Shown in pieces: positions 19,835 to 29,310 of a stretch of DNA of 64,000 nucleotides. How positions within the stretch are numbered: the stretch's first letter is position 1; each line of letters starts with the position of its first letter. A program made the position numbers and the translations under genes. Source of the DNA: Bacillota bacterium (GTDB lineage Bacteria > Bacillota > Sulfobacillia > Sulfobacillales > JAIMBI01); contig JAJZYZ010000002.1 of NCBI GenBank assembly GCA_021797815.1, forward strand, positions 1,256 to 65,255, given 5' to 3'. The notes beneath the pieces are model-generated. The model had not been told where the DNA came from. It searched no databases and saw only the letters and a list, made by a program, of their open reading frames with translations.

Positions 19835-21051
19835 GTGTGTACCAGCATCTTGCCACACGCGCAGCCTTGGTGGCGCGCCTGGAGGCCCTTTGCACGCCAC
19901 CGCCGGCGGCATTCTTCGGGTGGAGAAATTCTAGACCTTGAAAGACGGGTGGCCGTCCCGGTCCGTGCAACCACAGAGCGCCGAACCACTTCGCGTCCGC
20001 ACCTGGTGAATCTGCCGGCGACTCGTGAAGCTCCGGTAGGTCTATGCGACTGCGGCCCGTCCGGCGCCCGGGCCCTGACGCGCGGCTGTTGGAACCACGG
20101 CCGCGGGCCGACCGGGGCGCCTGGAGCCCGTGTGCCCCTGGGGCCTTCCATGACGGACCGGATACCCCAAGATTGGGGCCCCGGGCCTGGTACAGGAGCT
20201 GAGGCGCCCACCGGGAGGTCAGGCGCGATGCAAGCGTCGGAGCCGGAGCGGGTGTGCGACGTCGGTGACGACGGATTTGTCCCCGTCAAGACGCTGACCG
20301 GCCCTAACCCTGTTTGGCGGGTGTGATGACAGCTTGTTGCGACGACGGGCAGATCGTGGGCGGGACAAGCCATTGGACGACCGGATACTGCTTCACGGGC
20401 AGGGTTGGATCCCTGATTCGCATCGGTCGTCGGGGTGGATTTCTCTGCCATCAGGACGCGGCGGCAAGGCTCAACGAGTCCCTGGACCTCCCGAGGAAGC
20501 CGCGCGTTTGGGCGTACGCGAGGAGCGGGACATGCGGCGGTCGTCCGTCTCGGTGATGGCAGGGCGGGCAGCGAGGCGTGCCCCTTCCTGCCGGAGCTGG
20601 CCGTGACCCGTGGCCTCATCCCCAATCCAGGACCGGCCGATAACACGGTATCGAACCCGCCGGGGAGCGACGGACTACCGACGCGGCCGCTGTGCGGCCG
20701 CGCGCTGGATCTTGGCGGTCGGCCACATGGTCTTCTGCTCCGTGCGGGTGATACTCATACCTGCCTCTTTCGGGGGAGCGGCGGCAGCCGGCCGTAACGC
20801 GTCCCACCGTCTCTTGCCGGGACCGCACGCGGATTCCCCGACCGCCGTCTGCAGTCCGTGCACGGGGACTTCGCTTCCCCATCATCAAGAAGGGCCCGAC
20901 AAGAGGCGTGCGGCCGGGCGCCGCGTCTCGCCTGAGCGGCTTTTCCAGGGCCCGGGGGCCATGCTACACTTCAGGGGCCGGACAGTCGGACTCCGGCGGG
21001 ATGCATATCCGCCAGTCGAAATCCCCGGGGTCCGGTGGAAAGGAGCGATTC

Positions 21052-21960
21052 ATGGCGCTTCGCGAAATCGCGCGCCCGACGCTCGATGGTCTCCCGCTCG
21101 GTCCCGGCAAGAAGAGTCGACTCTACCGCCTCCTGTACCAGCACGGGCCCGCCAACGGCACCCTCTTGGTACTCCCGATCGACCAGGGATTGGAACACGG
21201 CCCGCGGGATTTCTTGGACGCACCGGAGAGCGCCGACCCCGAATTTCAGTTCAGCCTGGCGGCCGAGGGGCGCTACTCCGCGATTGCCTGTCAGATCGGC
21301 CTCGCGGAGAAATTCTATCCGCGGTATGCCGGTCAGGTTCCCCTCATTTTGAAGCTCAACGGCAAGACCGAAATTCCTTCTGATGCGGCTCCCCTGTCCC
21401 CGGTCATTGCGTCTGTCGAAGATGCCGTCCGGCTGGGAGCCGATGCAGTCGGCTACACCCTTTACATCGGCTCCTCGTTGCAGGATCGGGACTTCGCCCA
21501 ATTCAGGGAGGTTCGCCAGCAGGCGGACCGTTTCGGCATGCCCGTCGTAGTGTGGTCGTATCCGCGGGGCGACGCCGTTGAGGCCCGGGGAGGCAAGGAC
21601 ACCGTCTATGCCATCGATTACGCGGCGCGGGTTGCGCAGGAGCTGGGCGCCGACGTGATCAAGCTGAACGTACCGAGTGTCAACGCAGAGAAGCTAGAGG
21701 CGGCACCTCGGGCCTATCAGCGTGAGTGGACCCCAGACGAGGCGCTGAGGCAGGTTGTCCGGTCGGCAGGTCGGGCCCTTGTCATCTTCGCCGGTGGGGA
21801 GAAGGGTACCCACGACCAGATGATGCAAAAGGCGCGCGACTGCATGGCGGCCGGCGCCACCGGTCTTATTTTCGGCCGGAATGTGTGGCAGCGGCCGCGG
21901 GGCGAGGCGCTTTCGGTCACGCAGGAAATTCATGCCCTGCTGCAGGATTACGGCCAGTAG
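21052..21960 (+). CDS. Class I fructose-bisphosphate aldolase family (FbaB/DhnA type)
   Basis: ORF 20908..21960. LPIDQGLEHGP, ILKLNGKT, VIKLNVP and GLIFGRNVWQ are collinear with E. coli FbaB blocks as I remember them. ATG 21052 lies 6 nt after GGAAAGGAG. Confidence 0.8.
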   Translation: MALREIARPTLDGLPLGPGKKSRLYRLLYQHGPANGTLLVLPIDQGLEHGPRDFLDAPESADPEFQFSLAAEGRYSAIACQIGLAEKFYPRYAGQVPLILKLNGKTEIPSDAAPLSPVIASVEDAVRLGADAVGYTLYIGSSLQDRDFAQFREVRQQADRFGMPVVVWSYPRGDAVEARGGKDTVYAIDYAARVAQELGADVIKLNVPSVNAEKLEAAPRAYQREWTPDEALRQVVRSAGRALVIFAGGEKGTHDQMMQKARDCMAAGATGLIFGRNVWQRPRGEALSVTQEIHALLQDYGQ

Positions 21961-22364
21961 TCCACTCCCTTTACCGCAAGGTTCCGGGGCCGACACGCGA
22001 AGACCCCCCGACTACGCTGGAGTGCGTGCTCGGGGGGTGTGCTTGCATTCGGAAGCGGCCAAGGGGGGCGCGGCCCGAGCTTTCGGGAGATGAGAAGCCG
22101 TGGACCGGACGCCGTTGGCCTCTGCACTTTGTCATCCCCCGCCCCCACATCGCGCTCTGTGTAAGCAGGGCGGGAGGTGGTCGCTGGCCTGTGCGTGCGG
22201 GCCCCCTGGCGCCCAGCCGCCTCGGGAGCGTCCGCCCGCGCCGTGGCCGTGCCTCCGACGGACCGGCGGTCGGCGTCCCGGTACCAGTATAATGGGCATG
22301 TCGGCGGGTGGCCGGCGCCAATAGAGTAGGGGGCGAGGTGATCCCTGCCCAGGCAGGGGCCGCG

Positions 22365-23444
22365 ATGGACATATTCGAAGCAATGCGCCGGCGTGGGCAC
22401 GAGCAGCTGATCTTCAACTTCGACAAGGCCACGGGGCTTCGCGCCATCATCGCGATTCATGACACGACTCTGGGCCCGGCCCTCGGTGGATGTCGCATGT
22501 GGCCCTACAGCAGCGAGGATGCGGCAATCGAGGATGCTCTCCGGCTCTCGGAGGGCATGACCTACAAGTCGGCCGCGGCCGGTCTCGACCACGGTGGTGG
22601 CAAGGCCGTTATCATCGGCAATCCGGCCACGGACAAGACTGAGGCATTATTTCGGGCTTTCGGCCGCTTTTTGGAGACACTCAACGGACGCTTCGTCAGT
22701 GGGGAAGATATGGGCACCCAGGGCGAGGATTTCGTCCATGCCCACCGTGAGACGGCATACCTGGTGGGACTGCCGGAAGCGTACGGAGGTTCGGGGGACA
22801 CCGGCGAGCTGACGGCGCTCGGGGTCTTGCAGGCTATTCGGGCGGGGTTGCGGCACAAGTTCGGGCAGGACAGCCTCGAAGGACGGCGCATCGTGGTCCA
22901 GGGGCTGGGCAAAGTCGGGCGTCGGGTCGTGGCCCGCGCCGTCGGCGCGGGTGCCGAGGTGCTGGTGGCCGACATCGATCCCCAGGCCGTCGGCACGATG
23001 ACGGCGGAGTTCGGGGTCGAGCCCCTTGACCCATGGTCCGTGGACGAGACGCCCTGCGACGTGTTCGCACCCTGCGCGCTCGGCCAGGTCATCAATGCGG
23101 AAAGCGTCGAGCGGCTTTCATGCGCCATTGTGGCGGGGTCGGCCAACAATCAGCTCGCGGACGAAAGCATGGGCGACCGGCTGCGCGAGCGGCACATTCT
23201 CTACGCCCCGGACTTCATCACCAATGCGGGCGGTCTCCTGCAGGTAGCAGATGAGCTTGAGGGCTTCTCGGCGGAGCGCGCCCGGCATCGCGTGGAGGGC
23301 ATCTACGACTTTCTGCTGACGCTGTTTCGCGAGTCCGACGCCCGCGATCTGGCCACCAACCGGCTCGCGCTGACCCTGGTGGAGGAACGCCTGGCGTTAT
23401 ACCAGAGCATCCACCGGATCTACACGGGATCCTCGTCCCGCTAG
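22365..23444 (+). CDS. Leucine dehydrogenase (Glu/Leu/Phe/Val dehydrogenase family)
   Basis: MDIFEAMRRRGHEQLIFNFDKATGLRAIIAIHDTTLGPALGGCRMW...GGGKAVIIG closely parallels Bacillus Bcd. Start moved from 22308 to ATG 22365. Confidence 0.9.
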   Translation: MDIFEAMRRRGHEQLIFNFDKATGLRAIIAIHDTTLGPALGGCRMWPYSSEDAAIEDALRLSEGMTYKSAAAGLDHGGGKAVIIGNPATDKTEALFRAFGRFLETLNGRFVSGEDMGTQGEDFVHAHRETAYLVGLPEAYGGSGDTGELTALGVLQAIRAGLRHKFGQDSLEGRRIVVQGLGKVGRRVVARAVGAGAEVLVADIDPQAVGTMTAEFGVEPLDPWSVDETPCDVFAPCALGQVINAESVERLSCAIVAGSANNQLADESMGDRLRERHILYAPDFITNAGGLLQVADELEGFSAERARHRVEGIYDFLLTLFRESDARDLATNRLALTLVEERLALYQSIHRIYTGSSSR

Positions 23445-23497
23445 GGGAGTCCGGCCATGCGTCTCGGGCGCGGCGAGAGGGGGCCGAGGACGTAGCG

Positions 23498-24127
23498 CTA
23501 CGGGGACTCGCGGCGGAGCTTCAAGCTCTCGGCCACCGTCTTGACCGTGTCTCGCTCGGCCGGCGTGAGGCCGCGCAGGAAGTCCGGGTCCCGGACGGCC
23601 CGCTCGTGGCTCACGCCCGCCTGAAGCGCCGACCGGATCGCCTCGGGGCCGGTGGCCGATTGCAGACGACTCGGGTCCGGCGCATAGGGCTCCCAGCGGT
23701 CCCGGATCCAGTCATAGCAGGCCACGAGACCGAATTCTCCCGCTTGCTCGGTCAGCCCGTCATCAAGCGCGGCCTGCCAGTCGGGATGGAGGATAAGCTC
23801 GCGGGCCAGGGCATAGCGGTTGACGGCGTCGGCGATGCGCGACCAGGCGCGGGACAGCGCGCGCCAGCCATCCAGATCGTCAAGGGAAGGCCAGTCCGGA
23901 TAGGGAATCTCGACATCCGCCAGCAGGGCGAACTCAAACACATCCCAGGAGAACACGCGCGCCAGCCGTTCCAGGTGCTGTGGACGCGGCGCCCGGTACC
24001 CGTTTTCGAGATACCCGACGTAGTAGTCTGCCTCCCCAATTCGTGACCCCAGATCGCGTTCGCTGAGGCCGGCCTTCAAGCGGAGATAACGGATGACGGG
24101 ACCGTACGGCGGCACCCGGCGCGGCAT
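23498..24127 (-). CDS. XRE-family helix-turn-helix protein with uncharacterised C-terminal domain
   Basis: ORF 23498..24316. IRYLRLKAGLSERDLGSRIGEADYYVGYLENG HTH. Start moved to ATG 24127, preceded by GGGAGGG. Confidence 0.7.
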   Translation of the reverse strand: MPRRVPPYGPVIRYLRLKAGLSERDLGSRIGEADYYVGYLENGYRAPRPQHLERLARVFSWDVFEFALLADVEIPYPDWPSLDDLDGWRALSRAWSRIADAVNRYALARELILHPDWQAALDDGLTEQAGEFGLVACYDWIRDRWEPYAPDPSRLQSATGPEAIRSALQAGVSHERAVRDPDFLRGLTPAERDTVKTVAESLKLRRESP

Positions 24128-24193
24128 GGCGATCCCTCCCGCAACTTTCGCTCCGTGTCGCCCCCTCATGATACCGTCTGCGGCGCCGCATCC

Positions 24194-24222
24194 TTGCCGC
24201 CCGGTGCCGCATTTGTTATTAG
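24194..24222 (+). promoter_or_regulatory. Candidate sigma-A promoter for the mutase gene
   Basis: TTGCCG (24194..24199), 17 nt, TATTAG (24217..24222), about 50 nt upstream of ATG 24271. Only a moderate consensus match. Confidence 0.25.
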
Positions 24223-24270
24223 TGGGGATGAATTCAGTGAAAACGCGGTGGTCCATAGGGAGGTGGGGAC

Positions 24271-25908
24271 ATGGCTCAAATGAAGACGCGGATGCAGACG
24301 ACATCCCAGGACCCATACCAGGGCGAGCGCGACTTCCGCACCATTTCCGGCATTCCGATTGAAGAGTCCTACGGACCCCAGTCGCGGGCCGGTGCCGATG
24401 AGGCGCGGGACCTGGGAGAGCCGGGCCAGTATCCCTACACCCGGGGTATCCATCGCACCATGTACCGCGGCCGGCTGTGGACCATGCGCCAGTTCGCCGG
24501 TTTCGGGACTGCCCGCGAGACCAACCAGCGTTTTCACTACCTGCTGGAGCACGGACAGACAGGCTTGTCGGTGGCTTTCGACATGCCGACCCTTATGGGC
24601 TACGACTCCGACCATGCCAAGAGCCTGGGCGAGGTAGGGCGCGAGGGGGTGGCCATCGACAGCATCGCCGACATGGACGCCCTTTTTGCCGGCATCCCGC
24701 TCGCAGACGTGTCCACCTCCATGACCATCAATGGGCCGGCGCCCATCATCTGGGCTATGTACCTGGTGGCGGCGGAGCGTCAGAACGTTTCATGGGATCG
24801 GCTCCGGGGCACCCTGCAGGCCGATATCTTGAAGGAATACATTGCCCAGAAGGAGTGGATCTACCCTCCTGAGCCGGCCATGCGCCTCATCGTGGACATG
24901 ATGGCCTTTGCCGCCCGCCACGTGCCGAAATGGAATTCGGTGTCGGTCAGCGGCTACCACATCCGGGAGGCGGGTTCCACCGCGGCCCAGGAACTGGCCT
25001 TTACACTGGCTGACGGCTTCGCGTACGTGGAGGCAGGCATCAAGGCGGGTCTCGATGTTGATGAGTTTGTCCCTCAGCTGTCCTTCTTCTTCAACTCCCA
25101 CATTGACTTCTTTGAGGAAATCGCGAAATTCCGGGCTGCCCGCCGGATCTGGGCCCGGCACCTTAAGGAACGTTACGGGGCCAAGGATCCCCGGTCGTGG
25201 ACCCTGCGCTTCCATACGCAGACGGCCGGATGTTCCCTGACGGCTCAGCAGCCCGACAATAACATCGTGCGCACGGCCATCGAGGCGCTGGCAGCGGTTC
25301 TCGGGGGCACGCAGTCGCTTCACACCAACTCCATGGACGAGGTGCTGTCGCTGCCCACCGAGAAGGCCGTAAAGATCGCCCTGCGCACCCAGCAGATCCT
25401 GGCTTTTGAGACAGGGGTGGGCAACACCGTCGACCCTCTCGGCGGGAGTTACTTCATCGAGACGCTCACGGACCGCCTGGAGGCCGAGGCGGAGGCGTAC
25501 TTCCGTCAGATCGAGGACATGGGCGGGGTACTGGTCGGCATCGACAACGGGTTCTTCCAGCGGGAGATCGCAGAAGCCTCCTATCGCTATCAGCAGGAGC
25601 TGGAGCGTCACCAGCAGATTCAGGTGGGCGTCAACGCCTTCGTGGAAGAGCAGGAGGAGAGTATCCCCATCTTGCACATTGATCCGGCGGTGGAACGCGA
25701 GCAGACGGCGGCGCTCGCCCGCTTCAAGGCGGCCCGCGCCGAAGACCGGGTGGCCGAGACCCTGGCGGCGGTGGCCAGGGCGGCGGCCACCACCGACAAC
25801 CTCATGTATCCCATCATCGAGGCCGTGCGGGCAGGCGCCACCGAGGGAGAAATTGCCGATGCCATGAAGCCTGTGTTTGGTGTTTACCGCGAACGTCCGG
25901 TATTCTAA
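24271..25908 (+). CDS. Methylmalonyl-CoA mutase family, catalytic (N-terminal barrel) subunit only
   Basis: [35 protein letters not shown]...LSVAFDMPT. 545 aa with no C-terminal B12-binding domain. Confidence 0.9.
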   Translation: MAQMKTRMQTTSQDPYQGERDFRTISGIPIEESYGPQSRAGADEARDLGEPGQYPYTRGIHRTMYRGRLWTMRQFAGFGTARETNQRFHYLLEHGQTGLSVAFDMPTLMGYDSDHAKSLGEVGREGVAIDSIADMDALFAGIPLADVSTSMTINGPAPIIWAMYLVAAERQNVSWDRLRGTLQADILKEYIAQKEWIYPPEPAMRLIVDMMAFAARHVPKWNSVSVSGYHIREAGSTAAQELAFTLADGFAYVEAGIKAGLDVDEFVPQLSFFFNSHIDFFEEIAKFRAARRIWARHLKERYGAKDPRSWTLRFHTQTAGCSLTAQQPDNNIVRTAIEALAAVLGGTQSLHTNSMDEVLSLPTEKAVKIALRTQQILAFETGVGNTVDPLGGSYFIETLTDRLEAEAEAYFRQIEDMGGVLVGIDNGFFQREIAEASYRYQQELERHQQIQVGVNAFVEEQEESIPILHIDPAVEREQTAALARFKAARAEDRVAETLAAVARAAATTDNLMYPIIEAVRAGATEGEIADAMKPVFGVYRERPVF

Positions 25909-25964
25909 GGCCATCGACCTGGCCCATCCGGAACGCCGGATGGCCGCACGCGGAGGGATCCTGA

Positions 25965-26177
25965 GTGAAGTTTGGAGTTGGGCCGATCGGAAGCATGTCC
26001 ATCCTGCTGACTGTGGCGACGCTCCTTATCATCGTCGGGTCGGGCCTCATGTTTATCATGCTGATTGAGCGCCACACGCCGGGAGACGGCTGGATTAAAC
26101 TGACGTCCTTCTATGCGCTGGTCGGCGCGGCCATGGTCACAGTCGGACTCGGAATCTGGTTTACCCCAACGTTCTAG
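25965..26177 (+). CDS. Small membrane protein (70 aa, two predicted TM segments)
   Basis: GTG start 7 nt after GGAGGG. Hydrophobic stretches ILLTVATLLIIVGSGLMFIML and LVGAAMVTVGLGIWF. Followed directly by a terminator. Confidence 0.55.
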   Translation: MKFGVGPIGSMSILLTVATLLIIVGSGLMFIMLIERHTPGDGWIKLTSFYALVGAAMVTVGLGIWFTPTF

Positions 26178-26183
26178 AGCCAC

Positions 26184-26211
26184 AGACCTGCCGCCAGGCA
26201 GGTCTTTTTTT
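26184..26211 (+). terminator. Rho-independent terminator
   Basis: AGACCTGCC (26184..26192), loop GCCA, GGCAGGTCT (26197..26205), then a run of 7 T. Confidence 0.85.
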
Positions 26212-26225
26212 GTGAGGTGCCAGCC

Positions 26226-27722
26226 ATGGAGTGGGTCATCGAGGACGGGTTTTTCCTGGTTGGGGACGGACAGTGGGCACGGCAGGTAGAGGTAGAGGGT
26301 GCCGGCCGCATCGCCGCGGTGCGGGATGTGTCGGCACCCTATCCAGGCGCGGAGCGGATAAGTCTGCGGGGCGGGTTTGCGGTGCCGGGGCTCTGGGACA
26401 GTCATGTGCACCTGGATCATCTCGCGGAAGAGCATGAGCTGTGGCTGGTGAAGCCCGAGGCCAGTCTTTCCGAGGTGCAGGCGAGCCTTCGACAGTTTGC
26501 GGCCGCCCATCCCGACCTGCCCTGGATCCGGGGGAGCGGCTGGAACCAGAACTACTGGCAGGAGATCCCGCATCGGCGGCAGCTGGATGCGGTCAGCGGC
26601 GGCCGTCCGGTCGCTTTCTGGGCCCGGGACCACCACACTCTGTGGCTTAACACGGCCGCCATGCACGCTCTCGGGGTCAGCGATTTCCGGGGCTCCGGCG
26701 CTGACCGCGATGAGGACGGGCCGACGGGGCTGTTCCGTGAAGAGACGGCCGAGAAGGTGAGCCGGGGCATCCCGAGCCGCCCGCCCGATGCCCGGGCGAT
26801 GCGGGCGGCGGCCGCTGAGCTCGCGTCTGACGGTTTCGTGGGCGTCACGGCCATGGAGCGGATTACGAGCCTCGAGGCCCTTTCTGACTGGGGTGAGGAC
26901 TATGGACTTCGCCTCCAGGTATTCTGGATTGACGCCGACGGTCGGCAGGCCGATCCGGGCTCGGTGCGCGACGACTATCCCGGGTGGTTCCGGACGCTTG
27001 GGGTGAAGCTGTTCTCCGATGGGGCGCTCGGCACCCGCACGGCCTGGATGCGCCACGACTATGACGACCAGCCCGGACAGGGCATCCCTCGCCTGCACGG
27101 GGACGAGCTCCGCGACCGGCTCCGTCAGCTTGCGGGCTATCGATGGGCGGCGGCGATTCACGCGATTGGCGACGCGGCCGTGGGAGATGTCTGGCGTGCG
27201 CTTTTGGAGGTGCCGAGCGGTGGGTCCGCCCTCTCCCGCATCGAGCACGCCCAGCTGGTGGATCCCCATGATCTGAGCACGTTGTCCGGTACGGGACTGG
27301 CGGCCTCCATGCAGCCGTTTCACCTTCCCGGTGATGTGCCCGCGCTGTCGCGGGGCCTCGGCGATCGCCCGACCCTGGCCTTTCCGTGGAGCGCGCTTGA
27401 ACGGGCGGGCTTTGCCGTCACCTTCGGGTCTGACGCGCCCATCGTGCCCGCCGATCCGGTCCCGGCCCTGGAGGTGGCCGTGCGGGGTGCGGGCTATCGT
27501 GGGGACGCGGAGCGGGGACTTTCGCCCTACCGTGCCCTCATGGCCTACTCGCGCGGAGCCGCCCGTGCGGACCGGCGCCCGGGCGGGTTCGTGGCGCCCG
27601 GCCACCCAGCCGACCTGACCGTGTTTCGGGAAGACCCCCTGGCCGCGCTGCAAGAAGGGCGGCGACCGGTGGTGATGGGGACGGTGGTCGGGGGCCGCAT
27701 TCGATACTGGTCTGACGACTAG
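26226..27722 (+). CDS. Amidohydrolase-family metal-dependent hydrolase (YtcJ-like)
   Basis: ORF 26217..27722. GLWDSHVHL, AIHAIGDAAV, FGSDAPI. ATG 26226 lies 6 nt after GAGGTG. Confidence 0.8.
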   Translation: MEWVIEDGFFLVGDGQWARQVEVEGAGRIAAVRDVSAPYPGAERISLRGGFAVPGLWDSHVHLDHLAEEHELWLVKPEASLSEVQASLRQFAAAHPDLPWIRGSGWNQNYWQEIPHRRQLDAVSGGRPVAFWARDHHTLWLNTAAMHALGVSDFRGSGADRDEDGPTGLFREETAEKVSRGIPSRPPDARAMRAAAAELASDGFVGVTAMERITSLEALSDWGEDYGLRLQVFWIDADGRQADPGSVRDDYPGWFRTLGVKLFSDGALGTRTAWMRHDYDDQPGQGIPRLHGDELRDRLRQLAGYRWAAAIHAIGDAAVGDVWRALLEVPSGGSALSRIEHAQLVDPHDLSTLSGTGLAASMQPFHLPGDVPALSRGLGDRPTLAFPWSALERAGFAVTFGSDAPIVPADPVPALEVAVRGAGYRGDAERGLSPYRALMAYSRGAARADRRPGGFVAPGHPADLTVFREDPLAALQEGRRPVVMGTVVGGRIRYWSDD

Positions 27723-27867
27723 CGTTCCGACCTCCACATCTTGTACCCGGACGCAGGATTCGGGGGCACATGTGTGGAACCGCCTCGACGATGGCGGTCG
27801 GTCGGGGATGATGCGACCGTCACCGCGAGGCGTGACCCAGAGGGTAACAGGGTGAAGGAGGATCCCC

Positions 27868-28692
27868 ATGCCGCTTCCCGAGGGCCTCTACTGCGAGCTC
27901 ATCGCCGTCAACCGCATGGTGGATCCCGAAAGCCTCGAGCCGCTCGCCGGGCGGCCGGCAGATGACCTGGCGGCACTGGGCGCCCGCAACTGCTATTCTC
28001 CCAAGACACCTCTGGAGCTCATGCAGTCGATGTCCGATACCGAGAAGGCCGGCGCCGTGCGCACGACCGTGGCCTCCAAGCACTGGACGGTTGCCGGCCA
28101 CCTGTCTTTCACGTTTGCGTACTCCTGCTCGATTGCGGCCCTGAAGCAGATCACCCGCCGGCGGACGGGGGTGGTGTTTTCGGTCAAGTCGGGCCGCTAC
28201 GTCCGCGGCCGACACTTTCAGTCTTACGTCGTCCCGCCCACCATCCGGACCAACTCGGAGGCGCTCGAGGCCTTCGTGCGCCATATGGAGGAGGGCACAC
28301 GCCTCGCCGAGTGGCTTGAGCGTGACTGCGGCATTCCGCAGGAAGACGCCCGTTATCTCACGGGGGAGGCCAAGATCACGCATGTGGTCATGACCGTCAA
28401 CGGTGAGGCTCTCATCGACTGGGCCACCAAGCGCGAGTGCTACGGGGCGCAGTGGGAGGTTCGCGCGCTCATGGTGGAATGGCTTCGCGCGGCGCGCAAG
28501 GTCGCCCCCAAGGTCTTTTACCGGGTAGGGGCGCCGTGCGTCATGACCGGCATCTGCACGGAGATGAAGAGCCGGTATGATGTCTGCCCGCGCAAGCATG
28601 CCTTCCCCCACCAGGATGACCTGGCCATGGCGTGGCATGATGCCCGCCGCCGGCCGAAAGTGGATCCGGTGGCCGTTCTGGAGGCTGATTAG
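27868..28692 (+). CDS. ThyX-family (flavin-dependent thymidylate synthase-like) protein, divergent
   Basis: GHLSFTFAYSCSIAALKQITRRRTGVVFSVKSGRY and CYGAQWEVR resemble ThyX blocks. The RHR triad reads RRR. Cys-rich C-terminal tail. ATG follows GAAGGAGG. Confidence 0.6.
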   Translation: MPLPEGLYCELIAVNRMVDPESLEPLAGRPADDLAALGARNCYSPKTPLELMQSMSDTEKAGAVRTTVASKHWTVAGHLSFTFAYSCSIAALKQITRRRTGVVFSVKSGRYVRGRHFQSYVVPPTIRTNSEALEAFVRHMEEGTRLAEWLERDCGIPQEDARYLTGEAKITHVVMTVNGEALIDWATKRECYGAQWEVRALMVEWLRAARKVAPKVFYRVGAPCVMTGICTEMKSRYDVCPRKHAFPHQDDLAMAWHDARRRPKVDPVAVLEAD

Positions 28693-29310
28693 GACCCCGG
28701 CCCCTTTTCCACAGTATTAGCCGCCTTCGGTGCGGCCCGGACCGGTGGCTTTGGAGCGGACGGCCGCCGCGTCACATCTTCCGAACGACAACGGCCGGCC
28801 GTCGGCAGGGGCTCGGGTGCTCCTCCCCGGCGGCCGAATACCGTGGTGACGAGGCGCTCCCGATTCATGGAAGCGCCCACGCCGGCTGCAACGTCATCGC
28901 CAAAAGCCTGGCGGTGCGGAGCCGGGCGCGCCGAGGGCGGGCGATCCGGTTTTCGAGCGGATGGATCTTCGTGGCCGTGGAGGACGGAGCGCACCACAGG
29001 CGGAGCCGTCCGTGAGCCGCGGATCCTCATGTTTGACGCCCGGACGTGGGACCGGAGCCCGCGCATGGCGGCTGACTCGCCGTTTGTGCAGTATTTCCGC
29101 CAGCGTCATCCCTGAAGCCTCCTCCACGCCGAGTCCTGACCGGCGCCGCGGCCTCCGTGCTATCATGAAAAGGACGGTGCGCGCCCCGGCGCCTCGGCTG
29201 CACGAGGGGGACGACGGGGGACCCGCTTACGACGGCATCCCCATGGATGGTGGATGATGCCGCTGTTTTTATGTCGCAGGGGAGAGGGCGCACCGTAGGG
29301 AGTTGAGCCG

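Noticed and set aside
19067-20326. 419-aa plus-strand ORF spanning the HD gene and part of the spacer
   Set aside because: The first half is antisense to the HD-domain gene, the remainder has no coding periodicity, and the composition is Arg/Pro/Gly-rich.
20647-20661. T-loop-like GGCGGGTTCGATACC on the minus strand, possibly a tRNA or tmRNA 3-prime end
   Set aside because: The flanking pentamers are not complementary (GCGGG against CCGTG). No acceptor stem, anticodon arm or CCA context could be built.
25905-27869. 654-aa minus-strand ORF covering the whole amidohydrolase gene
   Set aside because: Antisense shadow of a confidently identified plus-strand gene. Arg/Pro/Gly-rich translation with no recognisable motifs. 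This is typical of high-GC DNA, where one antisense frame shares the GC-rich third positions.
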